Assembly: GCA_000165425.1 (NCBI GenBank)
Contig: CT868651.1
Location: 1 to 64,000 of the forward strand
DNA length: 64,000 nucleotides
Direction of reading: 5' to 3'
Source of the DNA: Paramecium tetraurelia
Taxonomy: Eukaryota
The translations under genes and the position numbers were made by a program. Shown piece after piece: positions 1 through 14,090 of the stretch (position 1 is the stretch's first letter; each line of letters begins with the position of its first letter). The notes below the pieces were generated by a model, which was not told where the DNA came from, ran no database searches, and saw nothing but the letters and a program-made list of their open reading frames with translations.

Positions 1-1269
1 CTCTGAGACTTGTGATCTACAGCCAATGATTCCTGACTAGCCCCACATGTAATGTTAATAAGAATTTGGAAAAAAAAGATTTTTCGATTTTTTTTTACAA
101 TTACACAATTTTCTTATTACTAATTTCAGGGGTAATAGTTATAAAAAAAATTGCACAAGGTAACAGACACTGTTTAATGGGACTCCCACCTACTTATATA
201 AAGGGCCAAACCAAAACCCATTAATGAAAACAGTATCAACAATACTAATAACTTTTAACGTTAATACATCCCAAATCATTTATATTTTAACAAGCCTTTT
301 ATGTTTTAAATATGATCATCCAGCTTTGATAGCAAATAAAGAGAGCAAGTTTAATTAGGGTTTGATATGAAAAGGGATAATCAATTTTGTGAAACAGCAT
401 TAATAACTGAAACGTTAAATTATAAATAATTAATCATTAAAAAATTTAATCTCATATTGCAATTTTCATTTAACAAAAAGCAAATTAAGAGGGTAATTTT
501 TATCCTTTTGCAAAAAAGGATGTACTAAAGAATGACCACCATAAAATTAAAAGAAAAATAATGAATATACAATTTAAATAATATTAATTGAGATATTTGC
601 ATTTATTTTCTAACTATCTTACAAATTTTGTCATTACAAATTCCTTTCAAAAATTTTAGCCCTTAATAAGAGTTTACAACATCTAGTTATTCTCATTAAA
701 ATTCTTAGGCATTTTATATGAGTTTGATAATTTATCAAATGCAACTTGCCATAGTTATTTTCTTTCCACCTAAAATACATTTGTTTTGACTTGTTTCAAT
801 ACTTAAAACATCATTTTATACAATTTCTGATTTTTGTATCATTTCTAAAAGTTGTCATCAGAAAAATTATGATTAAAAAAATAAGAGTCAATATAATCGT
901 TTAAATTCATAAAAAGAAGCAAACCCTTGAATAAAAATTGCTAAGAATTAATTCATACTTGAACATATTGTATACATTTTATAATAAGATTTTTCAAGAA
1001 GTAATTTTCTGAGAATTAATTAATTATTGTTAATTGTAAATTTAAGTTATCTCATATTAATTAATTTTCCCAAACCCTTATGATCGTTTTAGAATCATAG
1101 TGAAAAATTACTTCTATTATTTTTGAATAAACAAAAAGCATCTAGATTTTACCAAAAACATTGGAATATTTTATAAATTTAATATATAATATAGTTTTAA
1201 GATAATGGAGATTGAAGAATATATAATCGACCTAAAAATCATGGAGATTCTTTAATAATTAAATTAAAA

Positions 1270-4200
1270 ATGATTAGCAAACAGATTCATTTATTGATAT
1301 TTCAAGTTATTTTTGGATATAGGACCTATTTTAAGTATGTATATGATTTTGCTGAACCGGTTACATGTCCACTATATCATATACATTCACCAGGAATGCA
1401 CCCTCATCCTTGCGTTGGTAAGTATATAAATGGATTTAGGCTAATACGATATCTGTTAATTGGTCTAAGAAATAAAAGTGATCATAATTAATCAACATGA
1501 AGTCCTATGCCATCCGAGATTTCAATTGTCTGATTAGACATCAGTAATTTTTGATTATTCTGAAAACACAGATTTTGTGATTTCGAGTTAAGTTATTCCA
1601 AACCATCAGAAGAAATGTATCTTAGCTCAAAAGGCTGGAGACATTCTAAAGTGTTAATTCTGTTTTTTTCAAACATATGGTGAATATTGTCAACTACCAA
1701 ATCGTAAAATAAATTCAATATTTAGCCTGTGGAATTAGGTGTGCAAGTTGTCCTTAGAATTTATGCGAAACATGCTAGGAAGGATTTTCTCCTTCAGATA
1801 GCAATGATTTAATATGTACTTTAAGTAATTAAAATTAAGTTATAATAGCCTGTCAAGCTAAACATAAATAGTGTACTATTGTTAATAGTATATATGCATT
1901 TGAAGGATGTAAGCAAGGTTATGAGTTAGTTGATAATGAATGTGTAGGTATAAATTTACAATTAAATGAATTCAAGCATGCCCTAATAAATGTATTACTT
2001 GTGTTATGGGTATTTGTACTGCATGCGAATTTTAATATCATTTAAAAGACAATTAATGTTTTGGAGACATTAACTGCACTAAAGTGGCTTATATTTTAGA
2101 TCCTAATACTGGACTAGCCGTTGGGATGACTTGTGAAATTTGTGACTTTGGATACTTTTATAATCAAAACCAACAGAAATGCACTTGTAATTACATTCAA
2201 ATATTTTAGAATGTAAAGATGAGCCTGGCTTGGAAAATTGTTTCATTTGTTTTAACGCGACGGAATGCAAAATTTGCAAAGGAACACACGTAATAACCGA
2301 AGATAAGAAATGCATACCATTTATTGGCTGCTCACCAAAGTGTAAAACTTGTCTTTATACTGATCCTAATTATTGTACAACTTGCTACTTTGAAAGATGT
2401 GAAGGCTCTGCTATTGATCCAGGAAAATGTCTTTGTGATTCTTAAAATGGTTGTGTAAAGAAGGATGATGGATGTGCAAAATGTTTATATGGGTAATGCT
2501 AAACTTGCGGTCAGGATTATTATCATTGCACATCTTGTAAACCAAATACAAATAGAGAGCTTGTTGATTCTTTATGCATTTGTAAATAAGGATATTTTGA
2601 GACTGGTAATGCTGATCTGATATGCTTAAGTATTTATTAACTTGAATTAGAATGCCATGTTAATTGTTATAATTGTAAAGGAATTTTTGAAGATGATTGT
2701 ACTGAATGTGGTGATCCTAGCATTTATTATAAATACTTTTAAAATGGAAAATGTTTTTGCATTTAAAGAACGATATTGTAAATTCAATCAGATGGTAATA
2801 GCATTTGTAAACGTAAATTAAATAATCATTTAATTAGCCTGTCATCCTAAATGTGAGAAATGTTATCAGCCCTATGACAATACAACAAATCAATATTGTA
2901 CTTTGTGTATTGAAGGTCAACAGAGAGTTGTATCTAATGATTTTCAATGCGTTTGTTAAGATGGATATGGAGAGGATGGAATCTCAGATGTTTGCTTTAG
3001 TATAAGATTATAACTATAATAATAGAGTGTCATTATTCATGTTTGAGTTGTAAAGGACTTCTTTAAACTGATTGTATTTCATGTTCCACAGTTGCCCATC
3101 GACATTTGGTACTAAATTAGATATGCCTCTGCAACTAAGGTTATAATGACTCTGGTTTCGAGGATCCATAATGTTATTGTAACTTCTATTTCATTATGAC
3201 AATTAGCGGCTTGTCATCATTCTTGTGATAATTGTACTGTTTAGGGTTAGGATTAATGTACTTCCTGTCCATCCACAAGACATCCTGATAGAGTTGGAAC
3301 AACTTTCTAATGTCTATGCAATGATTCAAACTATTATAGCGACCCAAAATTTTTAGAATGTTAGCAATGCCACCTGACATGCAAAACTTGTAATGGCACT
3401 CATTAAACTAATTGTCTAAGTTGTGATACTACTTATAGATAATTGATTCTATCAAAATGTGATTGTTACCCTGGTTATTATAGCACAGGCATACTTTAAT
3501 GTTCATGTGATTATTTAATCCTAACTATTAGAATGCCATTATACATGTCTTACATGTTATTCTAAGGAAGAAGATGCTTGTATCGCTTGCTCAGCAGCTT
3601 AAAATAGATTCATGAAAGCAAACAAATGCATTTGCATGAATAACACAATGGAAGTTTCAAATACAGATGCTATGTGTGCAAGTAAATATTTCATTTATTT
3701 AAGAATGCTCTTATCGTTGTTCATCTTGTAATATAGCAGTTGATTATTGCTTAACATGTCCAGATTAATCATAACGTGATTTAGGAATTGATAACACTTG
3801 TTTTTGCCCAGCTTATTATTATGATGAACCTGGAAACCCTCTATGCATAAGTAAAGTTTTAAATAGAATTTTAGAGTGCTATATTAACTGTTATGACTGT
3901 AAAGGGCCATAAAATAATTAATGCACGGCTTGTAACCCTCTCAGCAAAAGAGAATTAAGCACAAATGGAGAATGTATCTGTATGAGTAAATACTATGATA
4001 CAGGAATATAAGAATGTTCAAGTATATACTTATCATAATATTAATAGGCTTGCAGCACTGAGTGCTTAGGTTGCATTACTACTCCCACAAATTGTATTTC
4101 TTGCAACCCAGGTAAATATTTGCTTGGAAACATTTGTTTATGCAAAACAAAACTGTAGGGAAACTAAGTTACTACATATTTTGATCCATCAAAAAATAGA

Positions 4201-7200
4201 TGTCAAAGTAACTAAATCAAAATTATAATAAGGTTGTCATTATAGCTGTCTTTCCTGCAGTGGTCCATTAGTAAATTAATGTTTATCTTGTTTGATATCA
4301 GAATCAAGAATTTTGATTGGTACAAATTGCGTATGTATAGAAAATTACTTTGATACTGGTTTTCCTAATTGTATAAGTAATTTATTCCTTAATGTATTAA
4401 GAATGTAATTCTCAATGTAATGGATGTCTAACCTTACCTACTCTGTGTAAATCTTGCCCATTATCAAGCCTAAGAATTTATAACCCTTAAAACTATTCTT
4501 GTAATTGCCCGAATTCATATTATGATGCTGTAGACAATCCTATCTGCTAAGGTAATATTATTTAATAGTTAGAATGCGATTATACTTGTTAAACGTGTAA
4601 AACGCTCTCAAATAGATGTGAATCTTGTTAAGTAAACTCATATAGAACTTACAATTCTTTATTATTTTCTTGCAATTGTGATGTTCATTATTATGATTCA
4701 GGAGTTCCGATTTGTCAATAATGCCATTATTCTTGTTTACTATGTAATGCTTATGGGGCAAATTAATGTATTAGCTGCTAACCTTAAGTATCATCTTTTA
4801 GAACATTAAATGGAAAAGTTTGCGAATGTCTTCTTGGATATTACGATAATGGATTTTCTTAAAGTTGTTAATAATGCAGTTATACATGTTTAAGTTGCAT
4901 TAATTCTTCAACTTATTGCACATCTTGCGAGTACACTAGACATTTAGATTAAAATCTATGTCCTTGCAATACTGGCTATTTTGAAAAAGGGTTAAGCAAT
5001 TGTAGTAAATGTGATTCAAACTGTTATAATTGCAAATTCAATTCAAAATATTGCACAGAATGCGATAAAAACATCTTTAGATAATTGAACACTAACACGA
5101 ATACATGTTAATGTTAATCAGGTACTTTTGAAATAAATGAATAATGTAAGATATGTAATGAGAACTGTTTGGAATGTTCAATTACTCCTACAAATTGTAC
5201 CTCTTGTGGGTTATCAAAAATCCTCATTAATTCTTAATGTATATGTATTGATGGAACATATTTGTCGAATGTAAATAGTAAATGTTATATATGTAATTTT
5301 ACATGTGCAACTTGTGTTGGTGTAGACTCATTTTGTTTGACTTGTTTCTCAGATTAAAATAGGATTATAGATATTACAAATCACACTTGTAATTGCAAAT
5401 TTGGATATTATGAAGATCCTGTTAGGATCTCCTGTATTTAATGTGACCAAACATGTTTAGCTTGTTTTGGCGTTGCTTCATATTGTACTTAATGTGATTC
5501 AAACCTAAATTTAACACTCAATTATTAAAATCGATGTGTTTGTAAATCAGGGCATTTCTTTAATATTATTTCTAAATAATGTGAAAGTATTAATTAACTT
5601 AATTTTAGTTTGCAATTTTACTTGTATGGAATGTTTAAGTTAAACATAGTGTTTGACTTGTGAATAAATCACTAGATATCTTGATAATGAAACATAAAAA
5701 TGTACATGCAAGGATGGTTTTTATGAAGTTAATCAAAAATAATGTTTATGTATTAAAAATTATTAACAATAGAATGTCATAGTAGTTGCAAAACATGTTA
5801 GATTTAATCAAATTAATGTCTATCTTGTGAACCATCAAATTTTAGATCTTTTCATTTGAATACTTGCTAATGTCTGAACGGGTACTATGAAGTTGGGATA
5901 GAAATGTGTTAAAAATGCAGCCAAATTTGTTTAACTTGCTAAACAAATTCGACTAAATGCTATTCGTGTTACCCAAATCATCTTCGTGTTTTAAATCAAA
6001 ATTCCTGTACTTGTATTCCTGGATATTATGATAATGGCTAATTAATTTGTGAAAGTATTAATCGGATATTAAATTAGAATGCTCAAATTCTTGTAAAACT
6101 TGTAAAAGTTAGAGAGATTATTGTACTAGTTGCGATGTAGATTAAAGTAGATTAGATTAATCTATTATTCATAAATGTCCATGTATTTCTAATTTTTATT
6201 AGGATACTAATGGAACTTGCTAAAGTATTTAACATAATATTTAATAGAATGCCATATAAAATGTTCTGGATGTGTAAATGAAAGAAATAATTGTGTTAGT
6301 TGCAAATATGTTTAAGGTTCAAACAGATTAACCATTTCAAATCAATGTAATTGTAAAGATGGATATTATGATGATGATATCCAAATCATATGTAAAAAAT
6401 GTAATACTCGTTGTATAACTTGTGAAAACGATCCAAATAATTGTCTTAAATGTTAAAGTAATCTAAGAATAGATCCTCCTGATTGTCACTGTATGAATGG
6501 TTACTTTGAAACTGATTAACTAAATTGTGAACGTATAATCTTAATAATAAACTAAGCTTGTGAAATTTAATGCGATACTTGTTAAACTCGAGCCTCAAAT
6601 TGTGTAACATGTAAATAAGGCCGTTTAAACAAAACATGTGATTGCGAGGATGGATATTTTGAAGGTGGTCAACCTGAATGCATCAGTAAATATTGAATCA
6701 ATACCTTAAGTTTGCGACTTTTAATGTTAAACATGTGCCATTTATTCGTCCAATTGTTTAGCATGTAAAGGGGATCGATTTGAAATTCCATTTTGTCGAT
6801 GTTAGGATGGATATTTTGACGATTTTGAGAGTTTAAATTGCTTGAAATGTGATTACACTTGTAAAACATGTACTTTGAATGAATGCTTATAATGCAACGG
6901 CAATAGAATCTTATCTGATCAAATGACTTGTGAACCTCCTGAAAATTCTGTTAGTTCATTATTAACTCCATGGTGTTCAAGTATAAAATCCTTAATATTA
7001 AAGATTGCGAAGTAGCTGTGGTAAAAATTCAATTATCAGATGATCTGACAACAATAATTATCCATTTTGATTTCCCCTTAAATCCAAATTTCTTTTCAAA
7101 TTACCTTGAAAGCAATACTTGTTTCATTATCTTGAATTAAACAACTCTGACCAAATTAGGAATGAATCCTCAATGCAATATAGATCCTGTAAATGATAAA

Positions 7201-10200
7201 TAATTACTTTTATATGTTGGTCAAAACCCTACTATTCTTCCAGGAGATACAATTTATTTCATGTAAAATTCATTTGGCCACGCTAATTGTGATAGTAAAT
7301 TGTAGTATTTCATTTTTAATACACTTTAATAACCCTCTCACCCATTTGCTCCGTTTATCCAATATGACGTACCTAAATATCAATTGAACCCTTGTTAAGA
7401 GAACATCATTTTAAAAGAATCAAAACTCTATGATGGATTGAGAAGTTTTATTTCTGTTTCCTGGTCATTTATTGTTGAGGGTTATAATGGAATTGGTGAA
7501 CTTGAGAGTTTTGTTACTGAATTAACAAATTTATAAGTATTAGATCTTACCATTCCAGAAAACACATTACCTATCCAGTCAAATATTACATTATTTGTTG
7601 AAGTTCAAAACTTTGTTTCATAAAAAAATGTGTTTAAAGTACAAATACAAACACATGCGGGATAATATCCCAGCATTTTGTATCAACTCAAACAATACTA
7701 TTATACATTTGAACCAATCAAAATGACTTTTATTATGAATAAGAAAAATTGCTTGGACAATTCAAATATTTCACAAGATATTTCTTAATATTAAATTTAA
7801 TTTTTTGAAATCTACAAAAATAACTCTAAATCTAGATCTTCAAATCTCAATTTTAATGGATTAATTAGTTCTAATTTATTAGAACTTAATATTGAAAGCT
7901 ATTCTTTAAGTGCATAAACAGCCTATAAATTTAACTTTACGATTTCAGATTCTTCAGTTTAATATGATTCTTAACGAATTATCAATATTTAGATTAAATC
8001 AGGGGGGGTTCTCTGCTTATTTAAAGGAACAAAAAGGATGCAAAATTACTTACATGATACAAATATCTATATCCAATGCAAAGATCTCGATGTCTTAAAT
8101 GATTGGAATTAAGATCCAAGTTTATCAATTATGATCAGTTGTTTAGAGCTAATTTCACAAGAAGAATGTAAAGATTCTAAAAATTAGAAACTAAAATATA
8201 ACTCTACTGAGACAAGATAAACATTTCCAAAAGCAACGATGGAACCATACACAATTTAATCTTGGAAGGTAATTGCCTCAAAAAACTCGGTATCATATTC
8301 TTATAAGTTCAATGTTGTATATTTGGATTATGATTTCAAAATGCTGGATGTAGATTATAATAGTGGATATTTGATAAGGCCTGTTAATAATTATGAAGAT
8401 TTATAATTTACTTTTAATATTCCATTTTAGGAAAGATAATACCTTTTAGATTATTCAATTGCATTAATTTATGATTATCAATTAATCTCAATACTTAAAC
8501 CCTAATACTTTTAATATTCCTTTCAATTATATGATTATTATTAAAAATTTAATAAAGGAAATAAATTTCAACTTAAATTTTTAGTTTAATTTACAAATGA
8601 TATTATTCCTAGCCAAGAAGATTTGACTTTATTTTTAAATTAACCTCCTACTTGTAATTTGAAAATGTTGTAATAGAATATATAAGCCCTCGAATCCTTG
8701 AAGATGGCAATTAATTGCGAATACTCTGATGATTAGCCATATTAGTATTAAATGAAAGTGTTTCTTTTTAGAGATGATTTTGAAGAGTTTAATAATAAAT
8801 CTTCAGATAATTCACTACTTTATTACGGCTTTTAAAAATCAAATCACTTCATAGTAAATTTTCCTAGCTCAGAAGTCAATGTAATTTTTTAGATCATAGA
8901 TTAAAGAGGATCTATTACTAATATCCATTAGAATTTCAGTATCACTAAAACACAAGTATTATGCAATAATTAAAAACCAGACCAATTAAATTTAAAGTAA
9001 AAAATATCATGGATATTTCAAATAATGATTAATCATAATGATTAATCAAATTGTATAAAATTAAAAGATGAATTATATAATTCTGTTGAATAAGTAATGA
9101 ATTCTAAAGTTATTTATGAAAAATTATTGGCCTATTAAACTATTAACCTATATAAAAAATTAATACTAAAACAGAAGGCTTCAAATTCTTCAATCAGATT
9201 GTTGGAAGAAAAATAATAAATTGAATGCTACAATAAAGAGTCATTTCTATTTACTATTACTGATTAAGAATCAACCAAGAAAAATAGCATTAATATCTCA
9301 TCCTTAATAGCAAGTTCTTAAAAAGTTGAGTTATAAATAGCAGATTTAATCAATTTGAAAAAAAGTATCGAAAAAGAAAACAAAAACGACAATCTAATTG
9401 TTGATACTCAATAAGTTATGATGATGAATTGGGTAATCTAAATATTATAGAGCTCAGTACAATTGATTGATAATTAGTTGCTAATTATTTCACAGAATTA
9501 AAGCTCAACAGATAATTAAGAGAAAGTAATGAATATAATCCTAAACCTTAATTTAATTAATTGATAATATTACACTGCAAATTATTGATAAAGTTAAAGT
9601 AAATGGATAAGTTTTATAAATTTAAGGAATGATGTTGAAGTTATAACTTTAAAAAATTACCAAGTCTGTATATAATAAAGAGTTTTAATTGGAAGATGAT
9701 TACTTGGATAATTTAATTGGCTTTTTATAGAAGAAACAACTAAAAGTTAATTACAATTATTACAATCTATCAAATGCTTAAAGATCTATGCTTCAAATTT
9801 ACTTAAATAGATCAGATTTCGAGATTAATTAAAATTATTTTGTCAAATCAATTCTAACTACTTTTCTTTATACTAATACTTATATAAATCAACCGTAATA
9901 ATAAACTTAGTATAGAATTGACTTGACTGAATTTCAATATTGCGATACTTAAAAAGATGCCCCTGAAATTTAATAATATAATTATTATTGTATTATTCAT
10001 ATAGAGGGTAATACATATGAAAATTGTGATTTATTAATGGAAGAAATTAATAATCAAAGTGCACAACTCTATTGTAAATGCAAATCATTTGGAAATTTAT
10101 TTTTGATAAAAATTGTGGATAAATTTATGAATTAATAAAATCATACATCTTCGAATTAAATGTAAGAAGATTAAAAGAATATTGAAGTATTTAAATAGAG

Positions 10201-10988
10201 CTATCTATATGTATAAAGCGCATTTATTATATCATCTATTATGGTTTACTATGCCTTCGTTTATTTAGAGTATCAAAGACAAAATGAAATTATCACTGAT
10301 CAAGGTTCAATTAATAGATTAGATACTCTAGAGCCAGTTAAGAAGTCATTTCAAATAAATTTGTATCCAGGTCACTTCTTTGTGTTTAAAACATCTTTTT
10401 AAGTAAATTGTTTTAATATAAAAATAGTATATGCATTCTATTTTGTAATTTTTTTAAAATGATTAAAACCCTGTGAAAAAAAGCTTTAGATTTTTACAGT
10501 TTAGTAATTAAATAAGTATATTAATATTAATATCCACTTGGGAAGTCTTATTAATTGATATAGTCATTATCAATTCATGGCTAAATCTCCTTATATCTCT
10601 ATTTATTCAAAGCGATTTCAAAAATAACTTAAGCAATTTATATGTTTCAAGGCAAAATTTCTATAGCAATGGTTGTATTATATCTTTGTCTGCCTTTTAT
10701 CCTTTTTCCTAATGATTTTGGCATTAAACTAAATGTATATTATTATCTCATAATAGTTAAATAACTAAAACCGAACTGGATCTACAAATATCCTTAAATA
10801 TTTTGAGTACTTTATTATTAGTTTTTCTCATTTATGAGCCAATTGCGATTTATATAAGAATTGTTATATACAGACCCTTTCTTGACAGTATTAAACGCAA
10901 TGAATATAACCCAGTCAGTCATTTTGTTTATTTCTTTATAAATCATAGCTAAATCAATAAAATTTACGATTAACTAAATATTCTATGA
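1270..10988 (+). CDS. Giant cysteine-rich (furin-like/growth-factor-receptor repeats) membrane protein with REJ-like region, GPS-like motif and C-terminal TM helices; apparent frameshifts (pseudogene or sequencing errors)
   Basis: ATG 1270 with signal-like N-terminus. Dozens of CxxxCxxC...CxC..GY repeats to ~7000, split by ~23 tiny phase-1 introns. Long exon 7003-10402 with NQPPTC and CKCKSFG motifs, then hydrophobic helices and TGA 10986-10988. Frame breaks near 4048, 9550, 10608 and 10695. Confidence 0.85.
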
Positions 10989-11449
10989 ATCTGAATAAAT
11001 TTTAATATTACACATTGAGAAATATATAATTGGTATTTTTTTATTTTTGGTAAATTCTTGGTGATTTGCCTCTTCTTATTAATCGAAGAAACTTTCAATT
11101 AGCATTTTATTGGTTTTATTTTTTGTTTATTCGTAGATAATTTATAATATAATTATATAAATGTCTTTTTCTTAAGAAAATTAATAATGTACTTATATCG
11201 GTGAGATAATACTTTCTATACATAAAGGTAAAATTATATTTTGATAAGAAGTATTCTATTATCATTACTTTATATTCAATTTTTTACATTCTAAACTGAA
11301 ATTAAGTTTTTTTTCAACTGTTTAATTAATGCTCTAAAATTTTATTTCAACCTAACTTCCTTAATATCCACAACTTGGATGAAAACAAACATTGGAGTTT
11401 TTCAAAATAAATTTATTGATTTTTAGAATCTAAACCTAAAAATGCTTTA

Positions 11450-12870
11450 TTAAATTTCAAAGGATAAATTTAAAATAATCTCCATTTTCTTAGTAAAAAC
11501 AGTATATGTGCAATCATCATATTATTACAAACAAAACAAATTCTTCCATAAATCAATTAAGCAGTGGTTAGATTAGTATTAAAATTTTTGCTGCTTAAAA
11601 TAGGATTCATCACTTACTGCAACTCCTTTAGTTTATATAACGACATGAGCTGTTAATAGAGCAATTATCTAAACTTAATTTTAGCCCATAGATTGTGATT
11701 TGAATATTCCAAAATTTTTATTGTCTATCAATAGCATTCAAACAAATCCTTTGGACACTCGATTATATACTAATTATTTTACAGTTTATATAGTTATTGG
11801 CCTTCCTTATTTGATCTTACTCGATATTCAATATTGGCCTAATTAAGATAATTCAGCTCTAGATGCTATGGCTCGTATTGTCCTATGAGATTGTTGGCAA
11901 AAGTTCTTCTTCATAAATATGACACAAGTAAGTGATATAAAAATTTATCTATCCAATTACCCATAAGGTTTGCTAAATTGAAACGATTCAAAATCTTAGG
12001 GAAGTATAATAAACAATCTTAAATCTTTCTAGAGCGTTCGTTCTTCAATAAATGACGGAGATCTTAGATGAAGTGTTGACAATATTATTGCCTCTTGGCT
12101 AAATTGCAAATTAAAATCAATTACTGTTAAAGTATAAAAATTCAATTCAAGACAGAATATAAGTCAAATTCATTAATTTTGATCACATTCTTATCTCCAG
12201 ATGATTCAAATTCAATTAACAATTTATTTTCAATGCAATCAACATAATTTGATGATTAATAATACTTATGCATATCTCCAATAAATAAGAAAGTTGCTTA
12301 TAAGATTGGATCAATTAGTAACTTTGAACATCTTAATGCTATAATAACTGATTATTGTAAAGCTGAAGCCTGAAATCGGTTGAAAGTAATTTATACATGT
12401 GGATCATTTTAAATGGATGCTTCTATCTTGGCAAAGTAGGCAATGTTGCTCCTAAGGCTTCTGATCAAATTTTGGAATATACTAAATTTTTGCAGCATTC
12501 CACACAATAAAATAGCCACAAATATGATGATTTTAAGATTTTATTAGAATAATACTATAATAAGGAGCACTCATGCACCAAAATACAGCATAAGTTGTAA
12601 ATTGTGATAAAATAACTGCTGCATCATCGCACCAACAAAGCAGAAGATAATTTACTATTGATCAGGATTGGAACTTGTATTGCACAACAACAAATTAAAC
12701 TTCCGTTTATACACCATTTCCGAGTACAAGTATATATTTTTGATGAAAATAATTGTATTAAATTGATTACATATTCTTCATTTGAATGAACATTAAAAGC
12801 AGGAAAAGGCGCTATTAAGAAGAGTCCTAATATAAATCAATTAAATATCCATACACAAAGGATATTTCAT
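11450..12870 (-). pseudogene. Degenerate remnant of a cysteine-containing protein gene
   Basis: Coding-like minus-strand fragments (HCLLCQDRS, VDCIENKLLIEFESSGD) and an intron-like GT..TAG near 12818-12854, but TGA stops in all three frames. Boundaries approximate. Confidence 0.35.
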
Positions 12871-12999
12871 TAAACGTGAGACTGAAAATTGTATGATAGC
12901 ATATTTATTGAGATATATTATGTAATAGGTTTGTTCGTTAAAAATTTAGAATATTTAAATCGTGAATTAAGCCTTCTATCATATTATCTTAAGTTAGAC

Positions 13000-14090
13000 T
13001 TTATTCAATTTTTCTCTCTTTGTTTTTAAAAGCTTAAATAAATTTTTCTATTTCTTCTCTATTTTTATCCAAGATTAAAAATCAGCCTTTTATGATTCGT
13101 TTAAATTTTCAACGCTCAAACTTCCATTAGCAAAACATTAGACAACATCCAAAAGGGGCAAAACTAATTAAACAATATCTTCATTTTTTTCACTCTCTTC
13201 AATTTTCATTTTTATAGGATAGATAAATGATCCCATGCATATTTTAGAAAACTTTAGTTTAATGTGCTTTCCAGGCTATTGCCTGGTTGATCTAATATTA
13301 CAAAGAGTAAAGTATAAGAAGAGAGATATGAATAGGGTTTTACAGTTGGTAGTATTTCATAACCATTTAATTTTAGTTTTGAACCATCACTAACTCTGAT
13401 AGATGGTTCATCTGAAAACACGGTGTTGGTTTACTCCGAGCCTATTATTTATTAAACAGGCTAATCCACTTGAAAACGTTAGATTAAACACAAAGTTTCT
13501 CTTCAACTTCCTTGAATGTATGACTTAGCTTTTCTTTGAGATCATTATTACCAATGGGTCTTGGTATTTAAAGTAGAAAAACAACTAGCATTTTATTTAT
13601 GTAATTTATCACTTAACTAAGAATTCAGGTTAGTTGAGTAGGCATCACCAACCACTAAAGCTATAAATTTAATATTGTCTTTGAGTTCATTTTTTCAATC
13701 GAGTCTTCTAATTGTTCAAAATTGTAATTTTCATTAGTATTTAATTTAGTTCAAGATGTCCAAATATGGTATTATGAGCTTTTACAATAGACTCATACTC
13801 AGAACTCATTGACCCAGTACCATCAATAGAAGTGATTAAATATTATAATGTGGTTGAGAAACATTTGTATAATTTTGAGTTTTTCTATTGAATAATGTAA
13901 TTCTTTAAAACCTAAAATTTTAGAAATTTATTAAGAGTGTAAAAATATTATCAAATACAATTCAACCAATCTATATTTACTTCCAATCAAATTCAAAGTT
14001 CCACTGAAAGGCTTTATGAACTTCTTCTTACCATCGTAAACCAGAGGTTGAATTAAACTTTTTTCTATAATATTTAAACTATAACATGAC
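13000..14090 (-). pseudogene. von Willebrand A (vWA)-domain protein pseudogene
   Basis: MIDAS-like SIDGTGSMSSEYESIVKAH at ~13780-13832 and IKFIALVVGDAY downstream, with frameshifts and TGA stops between fragments. Boundaries approximate. Confidence 0.5.

Noticed and set aside
200..225. CCAAACCAAAACCCA as a telomeric repeat
   Set aside because: Not a tandem C4A2/C3A3 array; too short and irregular.
2..370. Open frame at the window start under the ciliate code
   Set aside because: No recognisable motif, and TGA-only stops make such frames common by chance.
502..521. 8-bp hairpin with GCAA loop
   Set aside because: Mostly T/A runs; expected by chance in AT-rich DNA, with no ncRNA context.
1700..7000. 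Repeats as CRISPR or satellite DNA
   Set aside because: The periodicity is at the protein level (Cys spacing); no identical nucleotide repeats with spacers, and the host is eukaryotic.
9540..9570. Euplotes-style programmed +1 frameshifting
   Set aside because: That mechanism relies on AAA followed by a TAR stop; here TAR encodes Gln and the sites share no such motif.
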